Shown: piece by piece, positions 45,301 through 55,800 of the stretch | How the letters are laid out: the number at the start of each line of letters is the position of its first letter | How positions within the stretch are numbered: the stretch's first letter is position 1 | From: a virus | Lineage: Duplodnaviria; Caudoviricetes | DNA length: 59,298 bases | Reading direction: 5' to 3' (one strand) | Virus record (IMG/VR): IMGVR_UViG_3300009508_000017 | Span: 1-59,298 of that record | Program-made: the position numbers and the translations under genes | The notes under the pieces: generated by a model | What the model saw: the letters and a program-made list of their open reading frames with translations, nothing else | Database searches by the model: none | Told to the model about the DNA's origin: nothing

Positions 45301-47775
45301 TTGATAAAAAAGGACACTGTAGGGATCTGAGGTATCAATCGAGTATTCAAACAATTCTTGCTGGTGAGAACTCCATGTCCAGTTGGGGTTTTCATCCAAA
45401 TCTGCGCTGATGATTGGAAACCTGTCTGAATCTATAACCATTCTTTGGGTTGGGACTAGAGAGCTGTCATTTACGATTTTTTGTTTAAATATCTGCTGTA
45501 GTTGATCTCCAAAATAATAAGCAGTTAGGTCGTAACTGGTTCCAAGTTCTGTATTTAAATCATCAGTGTAGTCGTCTCTGTTACCTCCAGCGTTTCCTGC
45601 GGATGAGTAATCTGATGAAACGGTATAAGAAACGACTCCAGCCTCGGATAGAGTAACTGTGGTTTCAGTAAATCCTAAGATATCCTGTGGTTGGCCTTCG
45701 TAGTATGCTTTATATGCATAATTCCAATTGTAAAAATTAGGAAGCGCCTGAGCGTTTGGTGCAAGCGGGAATCCTGAAGGTTGGAGACTTCCTCCGAAAG
45801 TAATGTCTGTAGAATCGTAATAGTAAGTTACTCCATCTATTACTAAACTTTGAACATTGTTTAGAGCAGTTGAGGCTTGATATAAAGGGTAGTAATAACC
45901 TACTCCGTTTGTTCCGTCATTACCATATACCATAAAAGGCTGGTTCATTAATTGGTTTGTGACAGTGCTTGGAGCTTCTGGATCTTTCCCTACAGTCGTA
46001 GAAGTGATCGAATTCGGATCGTGTTGGACGGTAAAGTTATTAACGACTCCAGGATCTGCCCCTACGGTTGGTGTAGAAACTGCACTTGGATCGTGGGCTA
46101 CAGCTAAAGTGCTTATTGCATTCGGGCTGTGGCTTACGCTAGGAATTGAAACTGCAACGGGGAGGTCTTTTTTACCTCCTATTAAAATGTATCCTGGAGG
46201 CAGTGTGATCGTACTTCCAGGGATTGCCACCGTTTCGTCACCAGTAAGCGGATTCCAAACGACGTAAATATCGTCAGTTGATACGCTTCCAGGAACTACA
46301 ACAGTTTGCGAGGTTGAAGAGTTGTTCTGTATAACAGTTAAGTCGTTGTCTCCAACTGAAAGAAGTATGTCGTCGGGTTCACCGTTACCACTAGCTCCAC
46401 CTATTATTATAGTTCCTGTAGGATAGAGGTTAAGTGTTCCTCCAATTTGGAACCCTCCACCTGTTTGTATTTTAGGAACACCTGTTATAATGAATCCTCC
46501 TGGAGGTATCGTGATCGTTGTTCCAGGAGCTATGATAGTAGTAAGCCCTGTCGCAGGATCGTAAAGCCCTGAAACCAGAGGCATTCCGGGTACGGAGGTA
46601 GCAGGAACTGTATGTTCTTGGCCAGTGCCTGCTGGGTTTTTAGTGATGTCTATATCCGCACCACTCCCACCATCACTAAATCCTGCGAGATCATCAAGGA
46701 ATGTTTTCAGTTCTCCTGTGATTGGTATTGTGCTACCTCCTACGGTGATTCCAGTTCCATTATCTAAAAGAGTTTCTGATCCACCTTGAAGTTCTAGATC
46801 GTCCGAGATCCCATCTCCGTCTGTGTCGGATAAAGTAGTTCCCACATTTGAATCAAGGGGATCTAAATCGTCTCCATCTAAAATTCCATCGTTGTCATCA
46901 TCAGGATCGCCTGAATCAATAATTCCATCACCGTCTGTGTCTGGCTCTGTGTCGTTTCCGGGATAGTCAGCATCTATGATGTTCGGTATTCCGTCTCCGT
47001 CTATATCGTCATTGTTGGTGTTTACATAGTTCACTCCTTGAGGAGATCCAGTTCTGTCAAGGGTGTTCCAGTTTGCAATAACTCCTCCCTGGCCTTGAGG
47101 CCCAGTATCTCCCTGATATTGATATACGGGAAGCCCGTTTATGAGTAAATTGCCATTCCCGTCTGAGCTGACAGTTGCGGTCATAGGAGGCACTGCGTTT
47201 ATCGTGCCTTGAACTTTAACCAGTGGCCACCCACTTCCACCATAGTTAGGTGGCTGTCCTGCAACGTCTCCACCAAAAGTGTAAACAGTTCTTGGCTCTT
47301 CTGTGCCGGTTCCGCCAGCCAAAGTAACAACTATGAAAGTGTTTCCGAGGGCGTCTGTTATAGTAGAAACTATAGTGTTTTTAACAAAGTTAGGATCTTG
47401 AGAGTCCATGACACCATTACCTGTAGAATCTTGATCGGAATCTACTGGGCTGGGCGAGCTTTGAGGAACAAGTTCATTACTAGGTATTAAGAAAGATCCA
47501 GGAGAGCCAGCAGCAATAGAGGTTGTGGTGTTGATAACAAACCTAGTTTTTCCGTCTTGGCCTACTTCAACTACTGCTATTCTTTTATTTCCTTCTGGGA
47601 CTGAAGGCACTGCCCAAGAAGCCGTATTTCCTTTACCTGGAGGGGTAAGCCTGTTGGTAGGTGTGGTGACTCCGTAAACCAGAGTAGATCCGAGATCTAG
47701 AAGATAGACTAAATACTCAGAAGAATCTACGTCTTCTGAGAGTTGTAACCAAGAAACTTTTATATGCTGTGCCAC
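42334..47775 (-). CDS. Large multidomain adhesin-like virion protein (1813 aa)
   Basis: N-terminal Fn3-like domain, Lipoprotein_15-like segment, two clusters of TSP3-type DxDxDG Ca-binding repeats, six 12-aa Pro repeats, an internal Fn3 (FSWDPVGGADRYEV...YYISVKAIN) and an RCC1-like blade. Confidence 0.75.
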   Translation of the reverse strand: MAQHIKVSWLQLSEDVDSSEYLVYLLDLGSTLVYGVTTPTNRLTPPGKGNTASWAVPSVPEGNKRIAVVEVGQDGKTRFVINTTTSIAAGSPGSFLIPSNELVPQSSPSPVDSDQDSTGNGVMDSQDPNFVKNTIVSTITDALGNTFIVVTLAGGTGTEEPRTVYTFGGDVAGQPPNYGGSGWPLVKVQGTINAVPPMTATVSSDGNGNLLINGLPVYQYQGDTGPQGQGGVIANWNTLDRTGSPQGVNYVNTNNDDIDGDGIPNIIDADYPGNDTEPDTDGDGIIDSGDPDDDNDGILDGDDLDPLDSNVGTTLSDTDGDGISDDLELQGGSETLLDNGTGITVGGSTIPITGELKTFLDDLAGFSDGGSGADIDITKNPAGTGQEHTVPATSVPGMPLVSGLYDPATGLTTIIAPGTTITIPPGGFIITGVPKIQTGGGFQIGGTLNLYPTGTIIIGGASGNGEPDDILLSVGDNDLTVIQNNSSTSQTVVVPGSVSTDDIYVVWNPLTGDETVAIPGSTITLPPGYILIGGKKDLPVAVSIPSVSHSPNAISTLAVAHDPSAVSTPTVGADPGVVNNFTVQHDPNSITSTTVGKDPEAPSTVTNQLMNQPFMVYGNDGTNGVGYYYPLYQASTALNNVQSLVIDGVTYYYDSTDITFGGSLQPSGFPLAPNAQALPNFYNWNYAYKAYYEGQPQDILGFTETTVTLSEAGVVSYTVSSDYSSAGNAGGNRDDYTDDLNTELGTSYDLTAYYFGDQLQQIFKQKIVNDSSLVPTQRMVIDSDRFPIISADLDENPNWTWSSHQQELFEYSIDTSDPYSVLFYQDHQTTTLQNLLNPVYTKDSNNQITSFTLTVGGSGWDSNTNMPAGTHTFTATNDDGTNYGSAPLYTDIGFPEGIVAGRYKSGYLQTSSGGGSALYFISFTDPNNWYSNVYQPKEAYLSRSGDNFRAGGIFAWKDKSVSGMLNSSSGTWSIPNNWLDNNLPLAVYKLTDAVADPPGNYSIPSTGLTPADTSLDAEAHNPVGTVFSWDPVGGADRYEVLVRCYGDGGNASNYTSNPGSWGSTLFSDKFDTTTTSFTFPDDPFAKFEGLYYISVKAINDATGDYIHGQNFTLLVRLDTDNDGTFNVSDTDDDGDGVLDTNDSFPLDPNRASGTDTDGDGIDDEFDTDDDNDGVLDTADAFPLDASESADTDGDGVGDNADIAPNNSSLSGPPVENTTAVTVAEMSSTKTASPFATAAAGGLSKNDIQVDVAGAEYEYLPAILISEQNTGSGAKIRATLTNKTISDHSVTDPGNSYQHSDTEPYIFGGATPIKRAFAGHETNDVVYGVSPGFSSENHWEIYKNKIFSTAPKTSSNSLLSRDLVLNATSASNTPDDPNYSSLKAFWVDTSNYIDNTSMPTAYNGIIQVTSHEDKGGTAKQQGIFIVSHGNTGLKTDLWFIGHYNCLQDVAGSAGGTTGLGAQGVDWDTTSPLKLIDGGKPSDNTIGWDKQYFALSGGSMLFQEGTNLHGSSTSSGFGSVGSGTGSNYHTYLSSPRSSSSFQVLTNDAISGMHTFYCGHEFNLFYKSDKKLYFMGRNHWTAWAPGGNLRNPTPILAGGYTGSTGGATTIDYSGKLNPGVFGPMNFRFVWHPIMTWYDELDSGGAFIEKSVIRPLYWGIHFTGAGVGDSIDTAVPIKKCFRIGTDHNSGKSVHDYADNTSVPTASDQNGYVTTIGILYVDGTVGVINFPQAPCDLYSNWRSAGSFGNPLATDPTLTEISAAIPSGVDSVSGVDYGDSKIEFVDDSGTVFVKRDGVVITFSASDNSWYRLPTTSHAF

Positions 47776-47778
47776 TTT

Positions 47779-49821
47779 TTATACCCTTTGTTGAAATTGA
47801 TTTTGACCTTGAGGATTGCTGTTACCCATACCTTGAACTTGAGCATCTACTCCGTTTTTGGCTTCAGGAACTTGCCCTCCACCTGAGCTTTCACCCGATC
47901 CACCTTGAGCGTCAGCCATAAGCTTGGCTTGTTCTGCTTGTTGTTGTGGATCTGCTGGAGCTTCCTGAGGCAATAGTTCGTCTGAATTTTCGAATCCCAT
48001 AGCATCTAGTATGCGTTTTAACATAGGTCTGACAAACGGTCGTATTTCCGGAGGGTAGTTAAAAAAGCGTTCTTGTACTTGAAGTGCTAGGTTTGCTTTT
48101 TCTATAGCCCTCTGCCCTTGGTCCTGAGATAAAACGACTATGGCATTAATTTCTAGCTTTCTTGCCATTTCTGGAGTCATTGTTGCAAGGGCGGAAACCT
48201 CTCCTTCCATGTATTCAAACACTTCTTCCTGATCCATCGTGGCTATCGAAAGTTTGACCATCTTGGTTAGGTGGTTTTCTAAACCCTTGACTATACGTCT
48301 CATCCAACGTCTTCCTATTTTGGAAGCTTCGTTGAGAGTCGCTTCGACACCTGTAGCCGTGTTGGCCGGAGCAAGAGCTTGATAATCGCCTTGCGCAAGA
48401 TTACTGACACCCAGCCAGAGCTGAACCATACCAAATACAAAATCAATAAGCTCTTGTGTCTTAGCGTCTGCGGCTGGTATCTGAGCAAACTCAATAAAAT
48501 CTGCAAGCTGATTTTGTTCTTTAAGTTGGAATATTTTTCCCGCATGTATCTCAATATCATCTGGCTCATCCTCTACTGCTTGGGGATGTACCGCTATAAT
48601 AGGGTTAGCTGACATCTCGTTTCTATAGGATTCGCTGTTGAATTGACGGTCTATATACTCCTGATAAATGTTTATTTTTTCAGGTAAACTTGGACCCCAC
48701 CAGTTATTTTTAGCTTTTCCGATAGCAACAGCTGTAAAAGGTATTCTATTGTCTGGAGTTACTTTAGCTACATATTCGTAAAAAATTGCAGTCTTTGACT
48801 CTGGCTCAATAAAAAGGCAGAAATCTTGAGGCACTCCTGTTCCAAGGACATCTCTTTTTATCCAACATTCAACCACTTGAATCTTTGGATTTTTTAAATT
48901 GTCAAAACTAAGGTCTTCTTTGTAATTTTCGTTAGCTTCAGACTTAGTTCTACCATTAGCATCTTTTTTAATAATTGCTAAGAATTTTTCGAAATCAAAC
49001 CACCCTCTTTCAAGGAACATTTCTTGAGCCCAACCCGTGTCTTTGTCATACAATTCGGCAATAAAATCAGCATCCTCGATGTCTTCAACATTTGAAGGTG
49101 CTAAAAACCTATCGCTGTCAATAATCCTAGATCTTGGGCCAGAGTATTTAACTTCTCTTGCAGGAACGCCTTGTGGGAAGTCTTCAAAAGTATGAACATT
49201 AGGGTCTAAGAAAAAAGAAGGGTCATCTACTAAAGATAAAGTAGGAGTTCCGTCAGGTCCCATAGCTTGTTGAAACTGTGCGTTTCCTTCAACTACTGGG
49301 CCCATTCCAGGTAACATCTCGAAGTCTCCGTCTGCATTATTAAATAACGCTTTTTTATCAAAGTCTAGCCATTCAGAAACGACTTCTTCATATGTGACTT
49401 TAAGAATAGCTGCCCTTTGAATAAAAAGATGCATATAGCATTCCTCTAGACGCTCTCTCGTCTTGGCCATCTTCTCCAACTTCCAATGGAAGTACTTGTC
49501 AAACATATCAGCCATTCCTTGGTCTTGAGCTCCCTGAGGAACAAACTTAAAATAAGGAGACGTTCCAGTTATTTCGTCTTCTGCCCTAGCTAAGAAATGG
49601 TCTACTACTAAACTAGTTAAAGGTATCGGAACATTAGAACGATCGTAAATAGAATCATTATTTGCTCTGTCATTCCTTTCATTGTTGTAAACATTCCATG
49701 CACCCTTATCTACATCGATTCGCTCTTTGTTGTCTGTCTTGAGCTGTTCTATTCTGTCGCATGCATATTCAACAAGTTCTTTTTCCTGTTCTTCGTTTAG
49801 TATAAAATTAGTTGATTTCAT
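47779..49821 (-). CDS. Portal protein
   Basis: 680 aa; IQVVECW, IPF...WWGPSLPE and TATGV motifs plus a Q-rich tail typical of podovirus portals. Confidence 0.85.
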   Translation of the reverse strand: MKSTNFILNEEQEKELVEYACDRIEQLKTDNKERIDVDKGAWNVYNNERNDRANNDSIYDRSNVPIPLTSLVVDHFLARAEDEITGTSPYFKFVPQGAQDQGMADMFDKYFHWKLEKMAKTRERLEECYMHLFIQRAAILKVTYEEVVSEWLDFDKKALFNNADGDFEMLPGMGPVVEGNAQFQQAMGPDGTPTLSLVDDPSFFLDPNVHTFEDFPQGVPAREVKYSGPRSRIIDSDRFLAPSNVEDIEDADFIAELYDKDTGWAQEMFLERGWFDFEKFLAIIKKDANGRTKSEANENYKEDLSFDNLKNPKIQVVECWIKRDVLGTGVPQDFCLFIEPESKTAIFYEYVAKVTPDNRIPFTAVAIGKAKNNWWGPSLPEKINIYQEYIDRQFNSESYRNEMSANPIIAVHPQAVEDEPDDIEIHAGKIFQLKEQNQLADFIEFAQIPAADAKTQELIDFVFGMVQLWLGVSNLAQGDYQALAPANTATGVEATLNEASKIGRRWMRRIVKGLENHLTKMVKLSIATMDQEEVFEYMEGEVSALATMTPEMARKLEINAIVVLSQDQGQRAIEKANLALQVQERFFNYPPEIRPFVRPMLKRILDAMGFENSDELLPQEAPADPQQQAEQAKLMADAQGGSGESSGGGQVPEAKNGVDAQVQGMGNSNPQGQNQFQQRV

Positions 49822-52800
49822 TATAGTGCGATTCCCATATCTCTTGCCATGCCGATAGAGCGACGTTGTATATTATCACGCATATCCTCGAGTTTATCCA
49901 TCTGTTGTATTATGCGTTCGTCCTTTTGGTCTTGTTTTTCAAGAGCTTCTCTTCTCCTTCTGTACATCTTCATTGCATTTTCACTAGCTTCAAAAGCTTT
50001 AATTATCTTTAAGTAGTGCGAGTTAGATTTTAAGAATTGCGCCTTGTCTGCAGGATCCATGGAATCTAGAGATGACTTTGCTTGTTGGGCTCTGGTTTTT
50101 AGCGAGTTGTATTCGTTGTATGTTTTAAAAGAAGAGCCTCTCATCTTAACTATACCTTTTACTACAGGAAGCTGCATTTCTTGAGGATCATCAGTAAACA
50201 TGTTTAATGTACTCATGAACCCTGTGGCTAAAGAGCCTCCGAGGAAATCAGTCCACCATTGAAGTCCTGATCCACTCCAGCCTCCTCCGAGAGTAAGGGA
50301 TTCTGTTCCAACATATTTAAGAGGATCAGAAAAAGTCATCATTGAAAGTAAGTTTCCAGGGACTACGTTGTTGCCTCCGGCCGCAGAGTTGATTCCATCA
50401 GATATATTTTTATAAATCTGTGGAGTGTTCCTCTTAGATAGAATTGAGGGGGATGCAGTTTCAGATCCAGAGAATTCTTTGTATACAGTGTTTCCATTCC
50501 ACTGCTCATTCATTCCAATTTGGAACAGCCCTTGAAGCGCTGGAACGGGGACAGATTCAGACAGACTGGTTGGTGCATATGGAGAATAGGTCTGAGACAT
50601 AACTTTTACGAACTGTAGAGAATCTTTTACAATGTCTCTACCTCCAGTCATTAATTGCTTTGAAAGGAAGTCGCCCATAGCCCAAAGCCCATGAGGTCCA
50701 TAGCCTATGGGTACTGTTGTATGTCCAGGAGTTTTGTCATCACTGAACAGTGAGTGGGGCACGACAACACTAGTATATCTTGCGTGCTCGGAGACGTCGT
50801 CAAAATACGTGCTTTTATCGTCTTCTTCGTCATCGTCTCTACCTGTAAGAGCTCTCATCAACAAATTGTATGCAAGGCTGTATCTAATAACTTTTCCTCC
50901 AAGTACAAGAGATGACTGTAAGCCTCTCTTTTTAAGAGACTTTGCAAACACTCTATTACCTTGCACACTTGGGTTGAAGAACTGGATAAGTACTCCTAGT
51001 TGCTGAGACCAAGTACCTCTTTTATTAAAGTCTACGGTTACGTTTCTGGATGCAGGGATGAGTGTTTTTATGTCTATCCCCTCCTGAAGACCGTGCATAA
51101 TAACCCTAGCACGTAAAACATTTTCCAAAGAGGTGTTAAGGTTGTCCACAAAGGAAGTCATAACACGAATTGGTTTTACTATTTTGCCTCCCTTTCTTGG
51201 TGTTTTAGAAGCTTTTTCGTTTTGCTTCAGTAGTTCTCTTATTTCATTAAATTTATAAAAAGCAGTCTTTCCGCCCAGCTTTTTGAGAACGTGATAAGCG
51301 GCTCCCATATCTGATTTAGCTAATTGGAAAAGCGAATCATTATCCATCTCCGCATAGCCGTTTGGAGCCTTACCGTATTCGTCTAAAGATTTCTCATAAG
51401 CAAAAATATCTCCAGCATGTTTGTGGAAGTTTATTGGGTTAGCTACCTTGTTTTTTATAACCTTAAGCTCTGAATCTGAATCAAGATTAAACCAGGCATT
51501 GGTTACATCACGAAGCGGGTTCCTTAACCAAAACTCGGGACTGTAGGAAGTTCTTATCTTAGAAAGATATTTTGTAGATATGTTAACCGTTGAAAGGACT
51601 TGACCTAGCTGTTCGTAAGTCATGTTTTTAGCAGAAGAGGCAAGTAGATTCCCCTGTTCTGTGTCTGCAAACATAATGACTTTTGGCCTTCCGTCTTCTC
51701 TTACAAATAGAGCACGTCCAGAATCTAAAACCTCAGCAGAAAACTTCATCTCCTGTATGTCGAAGAGGGTTTCCCCATCGCTGTTCTCTATAAGTTTTGA
51801 GGTCATTTTTATTCCCTCTTTCGGTTCTCTGAAAAGAACATCGTAGAGCTTTCCAGCTGCGGAATCTTTGTTCTCAATTTTTGCATTAAGAAGTTCTGTA
51901 TGCACTTGATTAATTGCTTGTGCTGACTTTGCTCGTGTAGACCTAATGACAGCATCTTGATACCCTTGAGTAGTGTGAGCAAAGATAGTAAGTGGATCAG
52001 CCAGCATTGACCTACCTGTAGCGCTTTTTTGATAAACAGCTCCGTGTGGCATGTCAAAACCACGACCTTTTGCATCACCTGATCCAAGTAAGTCGTGCTG
52101 TTCTTCTTGCCTCGCATACTGATCTTCCATTCCCAAGAATCCTTGTAAGGGAAGTCTTCTAAAAGTTCCAAAATTAAGCCCCTCTATGGTGTGCAAGTCT
52201 TTGTCGTATCCTTTACTTGCTACAGTTGCGGCAGCTTCCATTCTTTCTTTAGATTTCTTGTCTAACATCTCAGCCTCGTACTGCAAATCCAGAGACTTTT
52301 TATGCATGTCAAACATCAGTTTTACTGGGTTGTTCCGATGTTTAATAAACTTTACCAAGTCTGGTTTTGTTTCAAGATCCTGAATTATCTTTTTAGCTTC
52401 CTTGTTGGACATTCCAGAGCCTGTGTCAGCTCCTTCGTCATCTACCAAAGCTTCTTTTCCTAGGTCTTGTCTGCTTTTTCTAATAGCTGCATTTGCTTGC
52501 GGTGCTACTAAAGCATACATGTAATAACCAATATCTTCCAACTCAGCTTTTGAGTCGTAAAGAGCGTCAGAGATAGGATTGATGTAAGCCCTTTGCCCTT
52601 CGTCCAGAAGGTCACCAGCAACGCCCATTTGAGAGTAGAAAGTGTCGTAAAGCCGAAGACGTTTTGCATCTTGTCCTTTTTTATCGTAACCAAGCTTTTC
52701 TATTATATGTTCTTGTGCTTGCATCCAAGGACCGAACTGTTCGACTAGTTTTCCATAAACACCTGTAAACTTTTTAGGACCTCTTTGCCCAATATTTATA

Positions 52801-55800
52801 TCAAGCTCATTTGGCGGAGTCACTGGGTTCTTGGCTTTTTCTCTCCACTCAGTGTATTTGGATGTAAAGGAAGAAGCTAGTTTACTAAGAGCGTTTAGTG
52901 AACCAGGTCGTGAGAACATTTTAGATTCGTAACTTCCTAAATAGTTATCTTGTTCGTGAGCCGTTCCTACATCCTTATCACGGTTTACACTGTCGAAACT
53001 ACCAAAAGCATCTGAGGTGTCAGAACCAGGACTCGCTTCGGGGTCTACAACTTCTCCCTCTGTATTTTCCTGTTCTGTTCCGTCTTCATTAAACCCTTGT
53101 TCGTCCACTCCCCTATTCACTTGGGCATCTTTTATTGTCTTCGCTTCTGATGCCGCCATGTCTTCTGCACTGGTTAGCTGTAGACCTCCCATATTAAATA
53201 CAGCATCTTGCAAGGCTTGTAGCTTTGCTTGCATGTATTTTGAATTGGGCTTTTTCATGTCGCCCATGATGTTGTTGTAAAACTCGTTGTCTGATTCTAA
53301 ATAGAATAGATTCTTAGCAAACTTTGATTGCATTTGTAATTGCTTGGCTTCCGCAGAAGCCATGTCCGTGTTTTCTAACTGAGAGAGAAGCTCGTTTATT
53401 GTTTCTAATCTGGCTTTATCTCCTTTTTCAAAAGAAAGGAAGCTCTCTTGTTCAGCCTGCCTGAAAGTCGATTCAATTTGAGACTCGTCATATATAATTT
53501 CCAGCCTGTAAGGAAATGCAAAAGTGGTTTCGGGCTTCTCTTTTTCGGTTTCGTTATCTTTAGATTCTTCTTGTTTACCCTCTTTATTATCCTTCTGTGC
53601 TTTTTTGTAAGCGGGCCATCTAACCTCTAAACCACCAATATTTCTAGGAGCGTTTTCTTCTTGATTTGTAAAGTCTGAGAAAGACCACTTTGAATGCTTG
53701 GAATCGCCAATGCTTTCAGATCTCTTCATGTTTTCATCAACATGGACTCGTGCATATGCGGGAAATGCTTTCCTTATTGTTTTTCCTTTGTCGTCTTTTT
53801 CAGCCGGAATCACTCCAACCTTGATGACCTGTCCGTGTCTATATTTTTTCTCTAGAGTTGCTACATAAAGACTCTCCTGTGCTTGGTTTTGAATTAAAGT
53901 ATTGATTGCGTCGATGTCTTTTTTACCAAGTCCTTTTTTTTCAGCTACTACCGGCTTCATCTTCTTTGCTTGGTCGAGCCTGAAAGAAGCAACGTAGTTT
54001 AAAAGAACTTTGGTGCTAAGAGGGATTTTAGACTCTCTGTCTGTTACAACTTGAGCGAGTCTTTCCTTTAAGTAAGCAAGTTCACGCCTAACCCCGTAGC
54101 TTTCTCTAAGTTCTTTCTTGTCTAAGAATTTAATTTGTTTTTCGAGGCTTTCTTGTGCTTTTTCTAAGGCGCCACTCTCTTCTAGCTTATTTAGTAAGAT
54201 GTCAGGTGCATGAGTGATATACTTTAATAGAGCAATCCCACCTTGAGCATCGGCGTAGTATTTATTGTGCGATCCATCGAGTAAGCCGATGTTTTTAATA
54301 CCGCCCATTTCAATAATAGCTTGCACGAGCTGGCGAGCAGTTAATTTTAGAGAAGATAGGTTTGTTATAGTTTGGGAAAGAGAAATGTCATTTCTTACTT
54401 TTCCACCAACAGTTCGGCCAACCTCTTCTTCTGGTTTTATATAGTTCGAATAAGCGTATTCACTTAGCAGGCTATTATTTACCTCTTCTGAGACCTTGTA
54501 ATACCGGCCATTTTTGCCGAGTTTTTCGAAAGAACCTTTTTCGTTAATCTTTATAATTAATTCTTTTCCCTCTTTCACTAGAGTGGTTTCCATAACTTCG
54601 TTGCCTTGGAACCATCTAAATCTCCAGTCTTTAAGGTTAGTGGATTTCCCTTCTCTAAAAGATTTTAAAACCTCGAGTTCAAGCTCAAGCTCTTTTATTC
54701 CTTCATTGACTGCCAAGGTATTTTTTCCGCTATCTTTAAGCTTTTCAATTAAAGCAATCTTACGATCCTTTATGTTTTCTACTTCACTGTGATAAATAGT
54801 TACCTTCTTAGAATCGTTATGAGCACGTTTTTTGCTTCTTGTAAAACTGGAGTGTCTTTCAAGTACTCCTACGATTTGGTTAATGTCTGCTTCTTCCCTA
54901 ACCCAACCTTGTTGAAGGTGCTGATTAAAAATTTCTTGGATATCTTTAGCTTCCTGAGAGCTGATGTCTATGTTTCTTTTAGCAGTGTATGTGTATCCAT
55001 TTATGTGGATTTTTTCTCTAGCTGCTATGATCACTGCATCGTTTCTTGCAAGAGATGCTTTTACTTCATTGACAAATTGAGTTCCAGAAACAGCTTCCTT
55101 TATATAAGCAGTTCTAGGCACCTCTAATTCTGGGTTCCAAAAGACCCTGACCTTTCCTGATTCATCTTTGGGCAGTTTTGTTCTAGTTCCCTTCAGCAGC
55201 TTGGTTCTAGATACGGGGTTAACAGTAACTTCAAGACGGCCGTCCTTGTTGTACCTTTTCTTTTCCTGAGCAATCTCTCCTTCTAAATGATTTCGGACAT
55301 CGTGGTGGATCTGTCTGTTGTCTTCAAAATTCATCTCGATAGCCCGTCTAACAACATCGGATTTTTCGCCGTGTAGATCTAAGGCCATTGGAAGTCCGGT
55401 CGATTCAGCAAGCCTACGGTTTTCCGCCTGTTGTTCGTCCCAAATCTTTTTATACGCGGGAGTGTTTAAAATTGTTTTTAGATCGTCTATCCATCTACCT
55501 TTGTACAGGATCCCTCTTCTGCTCGGTGGAAGTCTGAGATCTCCGTCAGCAAGCATTTCGACGTACTCTTTTCCGAGATCCATTGCCCAATCTAATCCGT
55601 TTGGATCGTAGTCATTAAAAGCTTGTTCCGTTTCTTTCCTCCTATTTACACGCAAGACAGTGTCAACAAGGGTGTCTATGATTTTTTTATCAGAAGTTGG
55701 GGTTAACTCTCTAACTCCTAACTTCATCCTTGCATCCGCTCCTTTTGCGGCCTGAACACTGGCAGTGTTGTAAGGATCAAACATCTTTCCGGTGGTGTAT

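Noticed and set aside
47773-47781. Stop read-through fusing the portal to the 1813-aa protein
   Set aside because: The genes are in frame (TAA AAA GTG), but that has a one-in-three chance and TAA is rarely read through; no other support.
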